Source: a virus (taxonomy: Duplodnaviria; Caudoviricetes). From it: a stretch of 32,429 nucleotides of DNA. The stretch is from the IMG/VR virus record IMGVR_UViG_3300030376_004141, positions 1-32,429 of that record. The stretch is one strand, 5' to 3'. Shown piece after piece: positions 17,064-24,228 of the stretch; the stretch's first letter is position 1; the number at the start of each line of letters is the position of its first letter. Position numbers and translations under genes: made by a program. The notes under the pieces were generated by a model. It was not told the origin of the DNA. It did no database searches and was given only the letters and a program-made list of their open reading frames with translations.

Positions 17064-18162
17064 AAAATCGGACATAGAATTAGAGAATGGTGAAGATTTG
17101 ACTGATTTTCTACAGCGTAACGGTAAAATTACCGATGAAAAGGTGGTTAAGAACGGCACAAGCGTTTTACATGGGATGGATATATGGGATACCCCAAGTC
17201 GTAATGTAGAATGGGCAGTAAAAGATATGATTCCGATGCGTAAAAAGACAGTAGCTGTAGGTGATTTTGAGGCAGGGAAGAGCTATTTATACTTGGGTGC
17301 AGCACTGTCGATTGCAGGGGGTAAGACTGGGTACATTGGATTTGAGATACCAAAGATGCGTAAGGTATTATATGTTGATTTAGAGAATGGAGTTGATGAA
17401 ACTCTTGGTCGTATACGAAAATTGACTGTTGGGCATCAGATTGATAAGGTCAAGGCCTCAGAAAATCTGACGTTGATTACGAAGCCAGGGGATTTTGAAG
17501 AAGTGTTTCCTCTTATAGAGACTCAAGTTATAGTGCAAAAGCCAGATGTAATAATTATAGACAACCTCTACCAGCTTTCTGGCGCAAGTAATATATCGGA
17601 TGCAGATAAGATAAAGCCGTTGTTAACTAAGATAGAAAGATTGAAGGAGAAGAGCGATGCTGCGCTAGTGGTGATACATCATTTTAATAAGAATACACAG
17701 GATCAGGGGATTGCTGAAGAGAGGATGGCAGGGTCAAGTGTCATTAATTGGTGGTATGAGCATTGCCTGATGGTGTGTAAGACGAATCAAGACTTTAGTT
17801 TACTTGCGGTAGGTAAGAGTCGTATGGGTGCGAAAAACCCTGGAGTTTATGGTATAGAGATAAACGACCAGCCTCAAGGTGGTGTAGCGGTAGAGTGCGG
17901 TGGACTAGTTTCTAGTGATAAAATCAAGGGTCTTGTTGTACCAGAGCCACGCAAGACGAAGTGGGAGCATCACTTAAATAGAATGGCGGATGATTTTGAG
18001 ACACATGAGTGGTTAAATGTCTGTGGAGATGCCCAGGATGACAAAGTGTCTGACGTTACAGCGCATAGGTGGTTGGGGGAAATGGCTGCGGTTGGGATAG
18101 TCAAAAAACTGTCTCATGGTAGGTATAAAAAGACCAAAATGACCTTTTATGAGACAAATTAG
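17050..18162 (+). CDS. Replicative helicase, RecA-like AAA_25/RepA family
   Basis: Walker A GDFEAGKS, VLYVDLEN, Walker B IIIDNL, VIHHFNK, R.AGSS. Confidence 0.85.
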   Translation: MAKARKSDIELENGEDLTDFLQRNGKITDEKVVKNGTSVLHGMDIWDTPSRNVEWAVKDMIPMRKKTVAVGDFEAGKSYLYLGAALSIAGGKTGYIGFEIPKMRKVLYVDLENGVDETLGRIRKLTVGHQIDKVKASENLTLITKPGDFEEVFPLIETQVIVQKPDVIIIDNLYQLSGASNISDADKIKPLLTKIERLKEKSDAALVVIHHFNKNTQDQGIAEERMAGSSVINWWYEHCLMVCKTNQDFSLLAVGKSRMGAKNPGVYGIEINDQPQGGVAVECGGLVSSDKIKGLVVPEPRKTKWEHHLNRMADDFETHEWLNVCGDAQDDKVSDVTAHRWLGEMAAVGIVKKLSHGRYKKTKMTFYETN

Positions 18163-18166
18163 GTCT

Positions 18167-18310
18167 GGGGGGAGGGTATGATAGTTTTGATAGTTTTGAT
18201 AGTTTCAAGCCTCCAAACTATCAATACTATCAATAATAAACCCCCTTCACCCCCTATTTTCCACCTTTTTAGTAGAATTTTTGGGGAAAACTATCATTCA
18301 AACTATCATT
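18167..18310. repeat. Iteron palindrome, probable replication origin
   Basis: TGATAGTTT x3 (18179, 18188, 18197), inverted AAACTATCA/ATACTATCA (18215, 18224, 18288, 18300), flanked by G-rich and C-rich arms; directly after the helicase. Confidence 0.7.
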
Positions 18311-18346
18311 ACCCTTACCCTGTAGATATAAATATAAAAATACCCT

Positions 18347-18691
18347 ATGTCAGATAATATAGAAGACCCTTTAAGTAGTATTGTAGATAAGTTAGATCTG
18401 AAGTTAACTGACCCTATGTCAGATGATATAAAAGAGTATTTAAGCGATAAGTATCATCACAATCAATGCAACTTAGGTAGGCCAGAGCTTGATTATTACT
18501 GTATGTTAGCGTATAAAGATGAGAACGATGAGCTCTTATGTGGCGCTATCTTGAATTGGTCAAAGCATCTTCAGGTAGAGGGTTTGCGCAAGTGCTTCTT
18601 GCTTATGAAGTATGAGCATAAGTTGGCTGAAGCAAATCGTAGGCGCAAGGGTAACTTTACAGGCCCTAAACACAAGAAGCTTAACAGATAG
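18347..18691 (+). CDS. Hypothetical Cys4 protein with basic C-terminus
   Basis: CNL...CMLAYKD....LLCG...VEGLRKCFL motif shared with 14079..14243; start uncertain. Confidence 0.6.
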   Translation: MSDNIEDPLSSIVDKLDLKLTDPMSDDIKEYLSDKYHHNQCNLGRPELDYYCMLAYKDENDELLCGAILNWSKHLQVEGLRKCFLLMKYEHKLAEANRRRKGNFTGPKHKKLNR

Positions 18692-18719
18692 TTACCCTTA
18701 CGATCTTATTATAAGATTA

Positions 18720-18869
18720 CTAAGCCTTGCTTTCTTTTATTATTTGTTTTAGCGTTATTACATTATCACAATTAGTGCATTTAACTGCGCTAAATTCTAA
18801 GTGATAAACCTTCAATAATTTTTTGCAGCAATTACATATAAATACTTTTACTGCATCAGTTTTACTCAT
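18720..18869 (-). CDS. 49-aa zinc-ribbon protein (MSKTDAVKVFICNCCKKLLKVYHLEFSAVKCTNCDNVITLKQIIKESKA)
   Basis: Hand-translated; GAAAGGGTAA leader; two CxxC knuckles. Confidence 0.6.
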   Translation of the reverse strand: MSKTDAVKVFICNCCKKLLKVYHLEFSAVKCTNCDNVITLKQIIKESKA

Positions 18870-18938
18870 AATGTTACCCTTTCTTATTAATTATAAAGAT
18901 ACCCTTTCTAGAATAATATAAAATAATATCTTACATTA

Positions 18939-19526
18939 TTAGCGATTAGCTTTGTAAAATGCCTTCACAAACCCAGGCGAAGAGATCGATCTTCTTTCTG
19001 TTCTGGTTAGATGTTCGTGTCCCTCATAGTGTATATCTTTAGTTTTAAGTTGATCGAATTTAGGCATAGTGCATTCTATAGGGTTTTTCTTAGGCATATT
19101 AAAGAATCCCCAAACACACGTTTTCTTTTTATAGTTATCGCCAAACTCGTATGGTTGATATACAAGCGAAGGGTTGCCCAGGAATCTACGCAAAAATCCG
19201 AAGGGATTTTCTAGCATCCAAAATTGCAAGTTGGTTTTCTTAGCTGTTGGATATGGTAGATTGTATTGACACTCCCAAATAATCCGAAGACAATGCTTTA
19301 CCAGGAACATACCTTTTTCTAGATCTCTTGGATTCTTTGAGTTTGTTTTTGCGAAACTAAATTCCGTACATGGTGGGTTAGCGATTATACCATAGATATC
19401 CTGGGGTGGATGATAGTTTTCCACCCCTATATCTTGACCTATCCTGATAACTTCGTATCCATTATCAGCGTAGGGTTGAGAATCACTCCCAATATCAGCG
19501 CAAAGATGTAATATTTTTTTCATCAT
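18939..19526 (-). CDS. Short DNA (cytosine-5) methyltransferase-like protein
   Basis: Motif I-like ILHLCADIG, motif IV ANPPCTEFS, motif VI MLENP. Confidence 0.75.
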   Translation of the reverse strand: MMKKILHLCADIGSDSQPYADNGYEVIRIGQDIGVENYHPPQDIYGIIANPPCTEFSFAKTNSKNPRDLEKGMFLVKHCLRIIWECQYNLPYPTAKKTNLQFWMLENPFGFLRRFLGNPSLVYQPYEFGDNYKKKTCVWGFFNMPKKNPIECTMPKFDQLKTKDIHYEGHEHLTRTERRSISSPGFVKAFYKANR

Positions 19527-19699
19527 TCCACCTCACTTTCTATAAATGCTCTGATCTCTGTATCTTTCCCAATATTTTCTACTTCAATGACATCTATATA
19601 CCAACCCATTTTATCTTCTTCCTCGTAGTCAATCATTATTTGAGCATTGTTATCTTGTGGACAATTTTTTAAATACTCTATTAATTCACTTACTATCAT
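19523..19699 (-). CDS. 58-aa hypothetical protein (MIVSELIEYLKNCPQD...IESEVE)
   Basis: Hand-translated; start/stop overlaps with both neighbours. Confidence 0.65.
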   Translation of the reverse strand: MIVSELIEYLKNCPQDNNAQIMIDYEEEDKMGWYIDVIEVENIGKDTEIRAFIESEVE

Positions 19700-19896
19700 C
19701 ACTCTACCTCACTTTCTTTAACATCATTGATAATTGTTTTAAACTCCTCAAGGTCTCCAACCATTATTACAGAATCGGTACTATATAACCTTCTGTGCTT
19801 TAAAACCTTGTAGAAATTTTCTAATCTTTCCATTGGTGTGTGATTTTCAAAATCATCTTTATCCATATATAAAGATTCGTAAAAATGATATTCCAT
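19699..19896 (-). CDS. Hypothetical early protein (ends KESEVE)
   Basis: GAGGTG RBS, coupled to neighbours. Confidence 0.65.
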   Translation of the reverse strand: MEYHFYESLYMDKDDFENHTPMERLENFYKVLKHRRLYSTDSVIMVGDLEEFKTIINDVKESEVE

Positions 19897-20138
19897 TATT
19901 CCACCTCACTTTCTAGTTCTGTATAAAGTACAAGTTTATCTTCATCTAGCTTTTGAATAATATCCCAATCTGCTGTAAAGTCTGATTTACTTTCTTTACG
20001 ATTGTTCCAAGAAGTAACAATTAGCTCATTAGATATACTTGTATCTATATAAATAGTTTGACCCTTGATATCTACGTATAAAGAATTTTCACCCCTTATA
20101 TCGATTTTAATATCATTGTGATTAAATATTTTACTCAT
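19896..20138 (-). CDS. Hypothetical early protein (ends LESEVE)
   Basis: GAGGTG RBS, coupled to neighbours. Confidence 0.65.
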   Translation of the reverse strand: MSKIFNHNDIKIDIRGENSLYVDIKGQTIYIDTSISNELIVTSWNNRKESKSDFTADWDIIQKLDEDKLVLYTELESEVE

Positions 20139-20320
20139 AGCTCCACCTCATCATCTATACCTTCAAGTTTAATATTATAATCATTCGCTACCTTTTTAAG
20201 TAAGATCTCAGTATAGTGCCTTTTATCTCTGGTCATTTCTAAACTAAAACCATGCGTGAATAGATATTCAATCGCATCAAGGCAATCTTTCTTCGATACT
20301 TTGTTTAGTTGTTTACTCAT
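20135..20320 (-). CDS. Hypothetical early protein (ends DEVEL)
   Basis: GAAAGGGT leader, coupled to neighbours. Confidence 0.65.
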   Translation of the reverse strand: MSKQLNKVSKKDCLDAIEYLFTHGFSLEMTRDKRHYTEILLKKVANDYNIKLEGIDDEVEL

Positions 20321-20553
20321 TACTTTACCCTTTCGTTATTATTATTAGAATCAAATATGCCATGCTCATCCATTTGATCAAATGTACACTCACATAAATT
20401 TTGGAATACTTCCCTGAATCGCATATCCAAACTAGGCGAACAATCGCCATTAGTCATTCCGTACTTTTCCTGAATACTAGCTAATCCGTCAGTTATCCAA
20501 GGGAAAAGCTCTTCGTATATATCCCAAACTATTGTTTCTTTATCTTTTTTCAT
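20320..20553 (-). CDS. Hypothetical early protein (ends NNERVK)
   Basis: Repeated leader sequence, coupled. Confidence 0.65.
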   Translation of the reverse strand: MKKDKETIVWDIYEELFPWITDGLASIQEKYGMTNGDCSPSLDMRFREVFQNLCECTFDQMDEHGIFDSNNNNERVK

Positions 20554-20747
20554 TTTATTACCCTTTCGTTATTAATATTAGTGAGCCTATCAGCATCTAT
20601 GATATTTGCATTGTCTTCTTCTGTTATTTCTTCGTAGCAATCAATACAAACTGCAATACCTTCGACTAGCATATAGTTATAAAATCTGCGCTCATCTTGT
20701 GAATGATCGACAACACGATCGCATTCGTTACAAGTTGTTACTATCAT
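20550..20747 (-). CDS. Hypothetical zinc-binding protein (CxxC...CxxC; ends NNERVIK)
   Basis: CNEC and CIDC knuckles; repeated leader. Confidence 0.65.
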   Translation of the reverse strand: MIVTTCNECDRVVDHSQDERRFYNYMLVEGIAVCIDCYEEITEEDNANIIDADRLTNINNERVIK

Positions 20748-20786
20748 TTTATTACCCTTTCGTTATTAATATAAGAATCAATTATT

Positions 20787-20829
20787 ACCCTGTACGCTCA
20801 GATATAAGACCCTGTACGCTCAGATATAA
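20787..20829. repeat. Tandem 21-bp direct repeat ACCCTGTACGCTCAGATATAA (period 22)
   Basis: Exact copies at 20787-20807 and 20809-20829. Confidence 0.9.
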
Positions 20830-20854
20830 AAAAATATACCTAAATAAACTATTT

Positions 20855-21058
20855 TTAGGCTTTAAAATTTGAATTATTGATATTTTCCCAAATAATATCT
20901 TTAGAAAATATTGTTTCAATGTTCGGATCAATTAAACCAAAACCCGATTTAATTACGTTAGATTCCATTTTTAAACGCTCAATTTCTTCAATGTGTTCTA
21001 AATAGTCAACCTGATCCATTAAAAAATCAATCGTATCATCTAAAATAAATATATTCAT
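20855..21058 (-). CDS. Hypothetical protein
   Basis: AAGGA RBS. Confidence 0.55.
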   Translation of the reverse strand: MNIFILDDTIDFLMDQVDYLEHIEEIERLKMESNVIKSGFGLIDPNIETIFSKDIIWENINNSNFKA

Positions 21059-21073
21059 ATTGTTTTATTCCTT

Positions 21074-21178
21074 TTATAAATAGCTTTTAAATTTTAATCC
21101 ATTATGCCAAGCAATAGAAATATTTTTAGCCGTTGGATATAGTATTTTAATTAACAGTCTTATAATAAATATTTTCAT
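21074..21178 (-). CDS. Possible 34-aa protein (MKIFIIRLLIKILYPTAKNISIAWHNGLKFKSYL)
   Basis: GAGG upstream; fills the gap. Confidence 0.4.
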   Translation of the reverse strand: MKIFIIRLLIKILYPTAKNISIAWHNGLKFKSYL

Positions 21179-21180
21179 AC

Positions 21181-21381
21181 TTAAGCCTCGTTTATGTATT
21201 CAAATTGGGGGAAATATTCAGTTCGTAGTTTGGTCGCATGTTCAAAAGCCTCAGATTTACTGCACGTTTTAAGAGTGGATTTAATAGAATATCTATTAGT
21301 ATTTAATTGCACACATTCACGCACTTCATAATAATTAATTCCGTAAATGTATTTTTTGCGTATTACCTGTATTTTATTCAT
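21181..21381 (-). CDS. Hypothetical protein
   Basis: In the leftward operon, overlaps the upstream stop. Confidence 0.55.
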   Translation of the reverse strand: MNKIQVIRKKYIYGINYYEVRECVQLNTNRYSIKSTLKTCSKSEAFEHATKLRTEYFPQFEYINEA

Positions 21382-21595
21382 TTTCTAACCTATTATTTGA
21401 TGGATTGAAATATCTAACTGTTTTAAGTTCTTGCGACCAATTAGCGCCACTTTTAGCGCTTATTTTATAACGGCCGTCACTTTGTTTAGATACTTTGAAA
21501 TCGCTTAATTTTTGACCGAAAAAACGCATTGTATCTTTACTAAAAAAATACGGTGATGTTTTCGCTGTTCGTTTTTTAATTTGATAGATAGTCAT
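21374..21595 (-). CDS. Hypothetical early protein with FFSxxTMRFF motif
   Basis: GAAAGGA RBS; motif I recall from small phage early proteins. Confidence 0.65.
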   Translation of the reverse strand: MTIYQIKKRTAKTSPYFFSKDTMRFFGQKLSDFKVSKQSDGRYKISAKSGANWSQELKTVRYFNPSNNRLENE

Positions 21596-21597
21596 TA

Positions 21598-21885
21598 TTA
21601 ATTCCTTTCTAATGTTAATGAGTCATTATTAAATAAATATGTCTTTCCCTTATACTCTACAAACCATTTAAAATTATTTTGATAAACATAAAAACCTAGA
21701 TCAAATTGATTTGATGCTTGATTCATTCTTGTTTTGGTGGTGTTTGTCTTCCATCCATTTGTATTTAAATATATATGACTTAATGTTGCTTTTACGACTT
21801 CAGTATCAACATACTTAACGCTTAATATATTATCTTTCATTATTATTTTAGTTTTATGTGTTCCAATTGTTTGCATTTGTGCCAT
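21598..21885 (-). CDS. Hypothetical early protein (GW.T.TTK.RMN motif)
   Basis: First gene of the leftward operon; start at MAQ after GAAAGGA preferred to the track start 21900. Confidence 0.65.
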   Translation of the reverse strand: MAQMQTIGTHKTKIIMKDNILSVKYVDTEVVKATLSHIYLNTNGWKTNTTKTRMNQASNQFDLGFYVYQNNFKWFVEYKGKTYLFNNDSLTLERN

Positions 21886-21921
21886 GTCAATTCCTTTCAT
21901 TTAATTGTGCATGATGGTTAT

Positions 21922-21950
21922 ATATTAAACAATATTATTAATATATGCAA
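21922..21950 (-). promoter_or_regulatory. Sigma70-type promoter of the leftward early operon
   Basis: TTGCAT-17 bp-TAATAT on the - strand, overlapped by the inverted repeat ATATATTAA/TTAATATAT. Confidence 0.55.
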
Positions 21951-22246
21951 CAATTATTATAACATTAAGTATTAATAATCCCTTATATATATAATTTTTT
22001 TAAGTGTGGCCAATCAAACACACTTAACCGAGTTAAAACTATTTACGATTTTTACGATTGAATTTGCGTATTATCTACCGATTATATATTTTTACCTCAA
22101 TGGTATGCGAACAATTGAATCTATTCAAGAAAAAATATAGGCTTTTATCGTGAATAAAGCCGAGCCACAAGGACAGCTTTTTGCTTGCGACATACATCGC
22201 GCCTAAATTTTTTTTTTATTTTTAAGCACCAACATATGTTACAATA

Positions 22247-22558
22247 ATGGACTGGCCAATAATCACAGAATCTGACTACGAAAGACTCATCGAATCCATC
22301 GACCTCGGTGACGAGTTCTTTCGCAAACTAGCGATCTTTCGCTCTGGACTCATCGAGCCACATATGAGGCATTGGCAACTCTCGGCTCATGAGGCCTACG
22401 ATAATCTGTCCGAGCGCGAACTTCAGGTCTTCAAGATGCGCTTAAAATCACACAGTTTTCCACTCATAGCAGAAAACCTAGAAATATCTGAATCATCAGC
22501 TAAAACCTACTGGCGTAGAGCTATTCGCAAGTGCTGGGTTCTTTTTGATGTAGTCTAA
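22247..22558 (+). CDS. Sigma70 region 4/LuxR-type HTH protein, probable late-gene regulator
   Basis: LSERELQVFKMR...SFPLIAENLEISESSAKTYWRRA; immediately upstream of the terminase. Confidence 0.75.
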   Translation: MDWPIITESDYERLIESIDLGDEFFRKLAIFRSGLIEPHMRHWQLSAHEAYDNLSERELQVFKMRLKSHSFPLIAENLEISESSAKTYWRRAIRKCWVLFDVV

Positions 22559-22580
22559 TTCATAGTTTTTGAAAGACTAT
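22547..22580 (+). promoter_or_regulatory. Putative late promoter motif, copy 1
   Basis: GATGTAGTCTAAT-N13-AAGACTAT; same geometry as the copy at 29404. Confidence 0.55.
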
Positions 22581-22589
22581 AGGAATCAT

Positions 22590-22988
22590 ATGGACAAAAA
22601 GAAAAAACTAGGCAGGCCCAAGCTAGACATCGATGCTGAAAAGGTAGAGATGCTCGCAAGCTTTGGTTGTTCTACGGTAGAAATAGCAAAGCTTCATAAC
22701 TGCGATGAGCAGACCATTCGCACACGCTTCAAGCCAGAGATACAACGCGGTAGAGAAAGCATGAAGATCAAGCTACGTCAGCTTCAATGGAAGACTGCCG
22801 AGCAAGGCTCAAACGCAATGTTAATATTTTTAGGGAAACAATATTTAGGTCAAAGTGATCGTAATGAACTAGAACTAGTAGGCAATCTTGAGGGATTACT
22901 CAAAGAGTGTGGCTACGAAGATTCACCCATTGAAAAGAAAAGTATTAAACAAGAAGAAGCTCTGGAAAGCCCTAGAGTACTCGCCTAG
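22590..22988 (+). CDS. terS: Terminase small subunit
   Basis: GRP motif, HTH (GCSTVEIAKLHNCDEQT), AMLIFLGKQYLGQSD; ATG 22590 after AGGA. Confidence 0.75.
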   Translation: MDKKKKLGRPKLDIDAEKVEMLASFGCSTVEIAKLHNCDEQTIRTRFKPEIQRGRESMKIKLRQLQWKTAEQGSNAMLIFLGKQYLGQSDRNELELVGNLEGLLKECGYEDSPIEKKSIKQEEALESPRVLA

Positions 22989-24228
22989 CCCTAATCAACT
23001 TTCGGTACATAATTCGACAGCACGCTTTCGAGTAAACGTACAGGGAAGAAGGTCAGGCAAAAGCTATAGTGCTGCTAAAGAAATCTTGCCCTACATCCTT
23101 ACTCCGAATACTCGGACATGGATAGTTGGCCCAACGCTTGATTTAGCAGACAAGATTATGCGAGAGGTCAAGGTAGACATCATCACAAAGCTCAGACTTC
23201 CGATCGCATACAAGAAAGAGATCAGCGGTGCAGTACACTATATGAAACTAGCTGGTCTAAACAGCGAAGTATCGGTCAAGTCAGCAGACAGACCTGAGTC
23301 ATTAGTTGGTGATGGTATAGACCACTTAGTAGTAGAAGAAGCAGCAAAGATAAGGAAAATCGTATGGGAGCAGTATCTCAGACCAACACTAGCCGACAAA
23401 CAAGGCTGGGCGCTCTTTACAACAACACCAGAAGGATACAACTGGGTATATGATTTATGGCAACGCGGAAAGTCGGAAGAATTTCCAGACTGGGATTCCT
23501 GGCAACACCCAAGCTGGGAGTCTCCATTTTTTAAAGATGACATTGAAGAGTTAAAGAAGACACTTACATATGAAACATGGCAACAAGAGTTCGGAGCGCA
23601 ATTCACCAGCTTTTCAGGGAGGGTTTTTCCATTTGATCGCACCATACACATCCAAAAACTCAAGTATAACCCAGATCTTCCAACCTATGTGGGTATCGAC
23701 TTTGGATACCGCACAAGTGCAGCAGGATTTTTTCAAGTCGAACAACATCCAAGTAAAGATAAGGTCTATCTGATAGATGAAGTTTGGGAAGAGAATATCA
23801 AGACCGAAGACTTTGCAGATAAGATTAGAGCAAAAAGATATCCAATCATCCGTTATTTCGGTGATCCAGCAGGAGGTGGGGTACAAGCACAGAGTGGGAT
23901 TGGAGACATAGAGATTTTTAGAAAGAAAGGCATCAATGTCGATTACAGAAGAGATAAGGTCTCACGCAACATTCCAAACGGTATTAGTCATATGCGTACT
24001 TGGTTTGAGGATGCTTCTGGAAATACCCACTTTTACGCAGACCCTAGAGCTGAAAAGTTTATATCGAGCTTCGAGAATTACCGCTATCCAGAGAAGAAGA
24101 AAGACCAAAGACTTAAAGAAGAACCTCTAAAAGATGGACTCAATGATCACGCCTGTGATGCCAGTAGATATTTCTGGTGTAATCTTTTTCCAATTAAAAG
24201 TAGAACCGCAGGAGTAATAGACTGGTGA
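22888..24228 (+). CDS. terL: Terminase large subunit (true start possibly TTG 22930)
   Basis: Walker A GRRSGKS, Walker B LVVEEAA, TTTPEG, nuclease GIDFG...DP...DHACDA. Confidence 0.95.
   Translation: MRDYSKSVATKIHPLKRKVLNKKKLWKALEYSPSPNQLSVHNSTARFRVNVQGRRSGKSYSAAKEILPYILTPNTRTWIVGPTLDLADKIMREVKVDIITKLRLPIAYKKEISGAVHYMKLAGLNSEVSVKSADRPESLVGDGIDHLVVEEAAKIRKIVWEQYLRPTLADKQGWALFTTTPEGYNWVYDLWQRGKSEEFPDWDSWQHPSWESPFFKDDIEELKKTLTYETWQQEFGAQFTSFSGRVFPFDRTIHIQKLKYNPDLPTYVGIDFGYRTSAAGFFQVEQHPSKDKVYLIDEVWEENIKTEDFADKIRAKRYPIIRYFGDPAGGGVQAQSGIGDIEIFRKKGINVDYRRDKVSRNIPNGISHMRTWFEDASGNTHFYADPRAEKFISSFENYRYPEKKKDQRLKEEPLKDGLNDHACDASRYFWCNLFPIKSRTAGVIDW

Larger units (their letters stand above)
19525..20772 (-). 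repeat. Two families of repeated gene-junction sequences
   Basis: + strand ATTCCACCTCACTTTCTA at 19525 and 19898 (variants at 19701 and 20141); TCATTTTATTACCCTTTCGTTATTAATAT at 20550 and 20744 (17-nt core also at 20325). Confidence 0.85.

Noticed and set aside
18179-18308. Short repeats as a CRISPR array
   Set aside because: 9-bp units, tandem or inverted, no unique spacers and no cas operon; the Cas4-like nuclease at 15478 is a common stand-alone phage exonuclease.
19525-20772. Junction repeats as integron attC sites or CRISPR repeats
   Set aside because: They are not palindromic, lack RYYYAAC/GTTRRRY ends, and the intervening sequences are whole ORFs.
22140-22222. Weak hairpins and a T-run before the late regulator as an ncRNA or pac site
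   Set aside because: Stems are short or imperfect; not enough evidence, although a packaging site in 21950-22560 remains possible.
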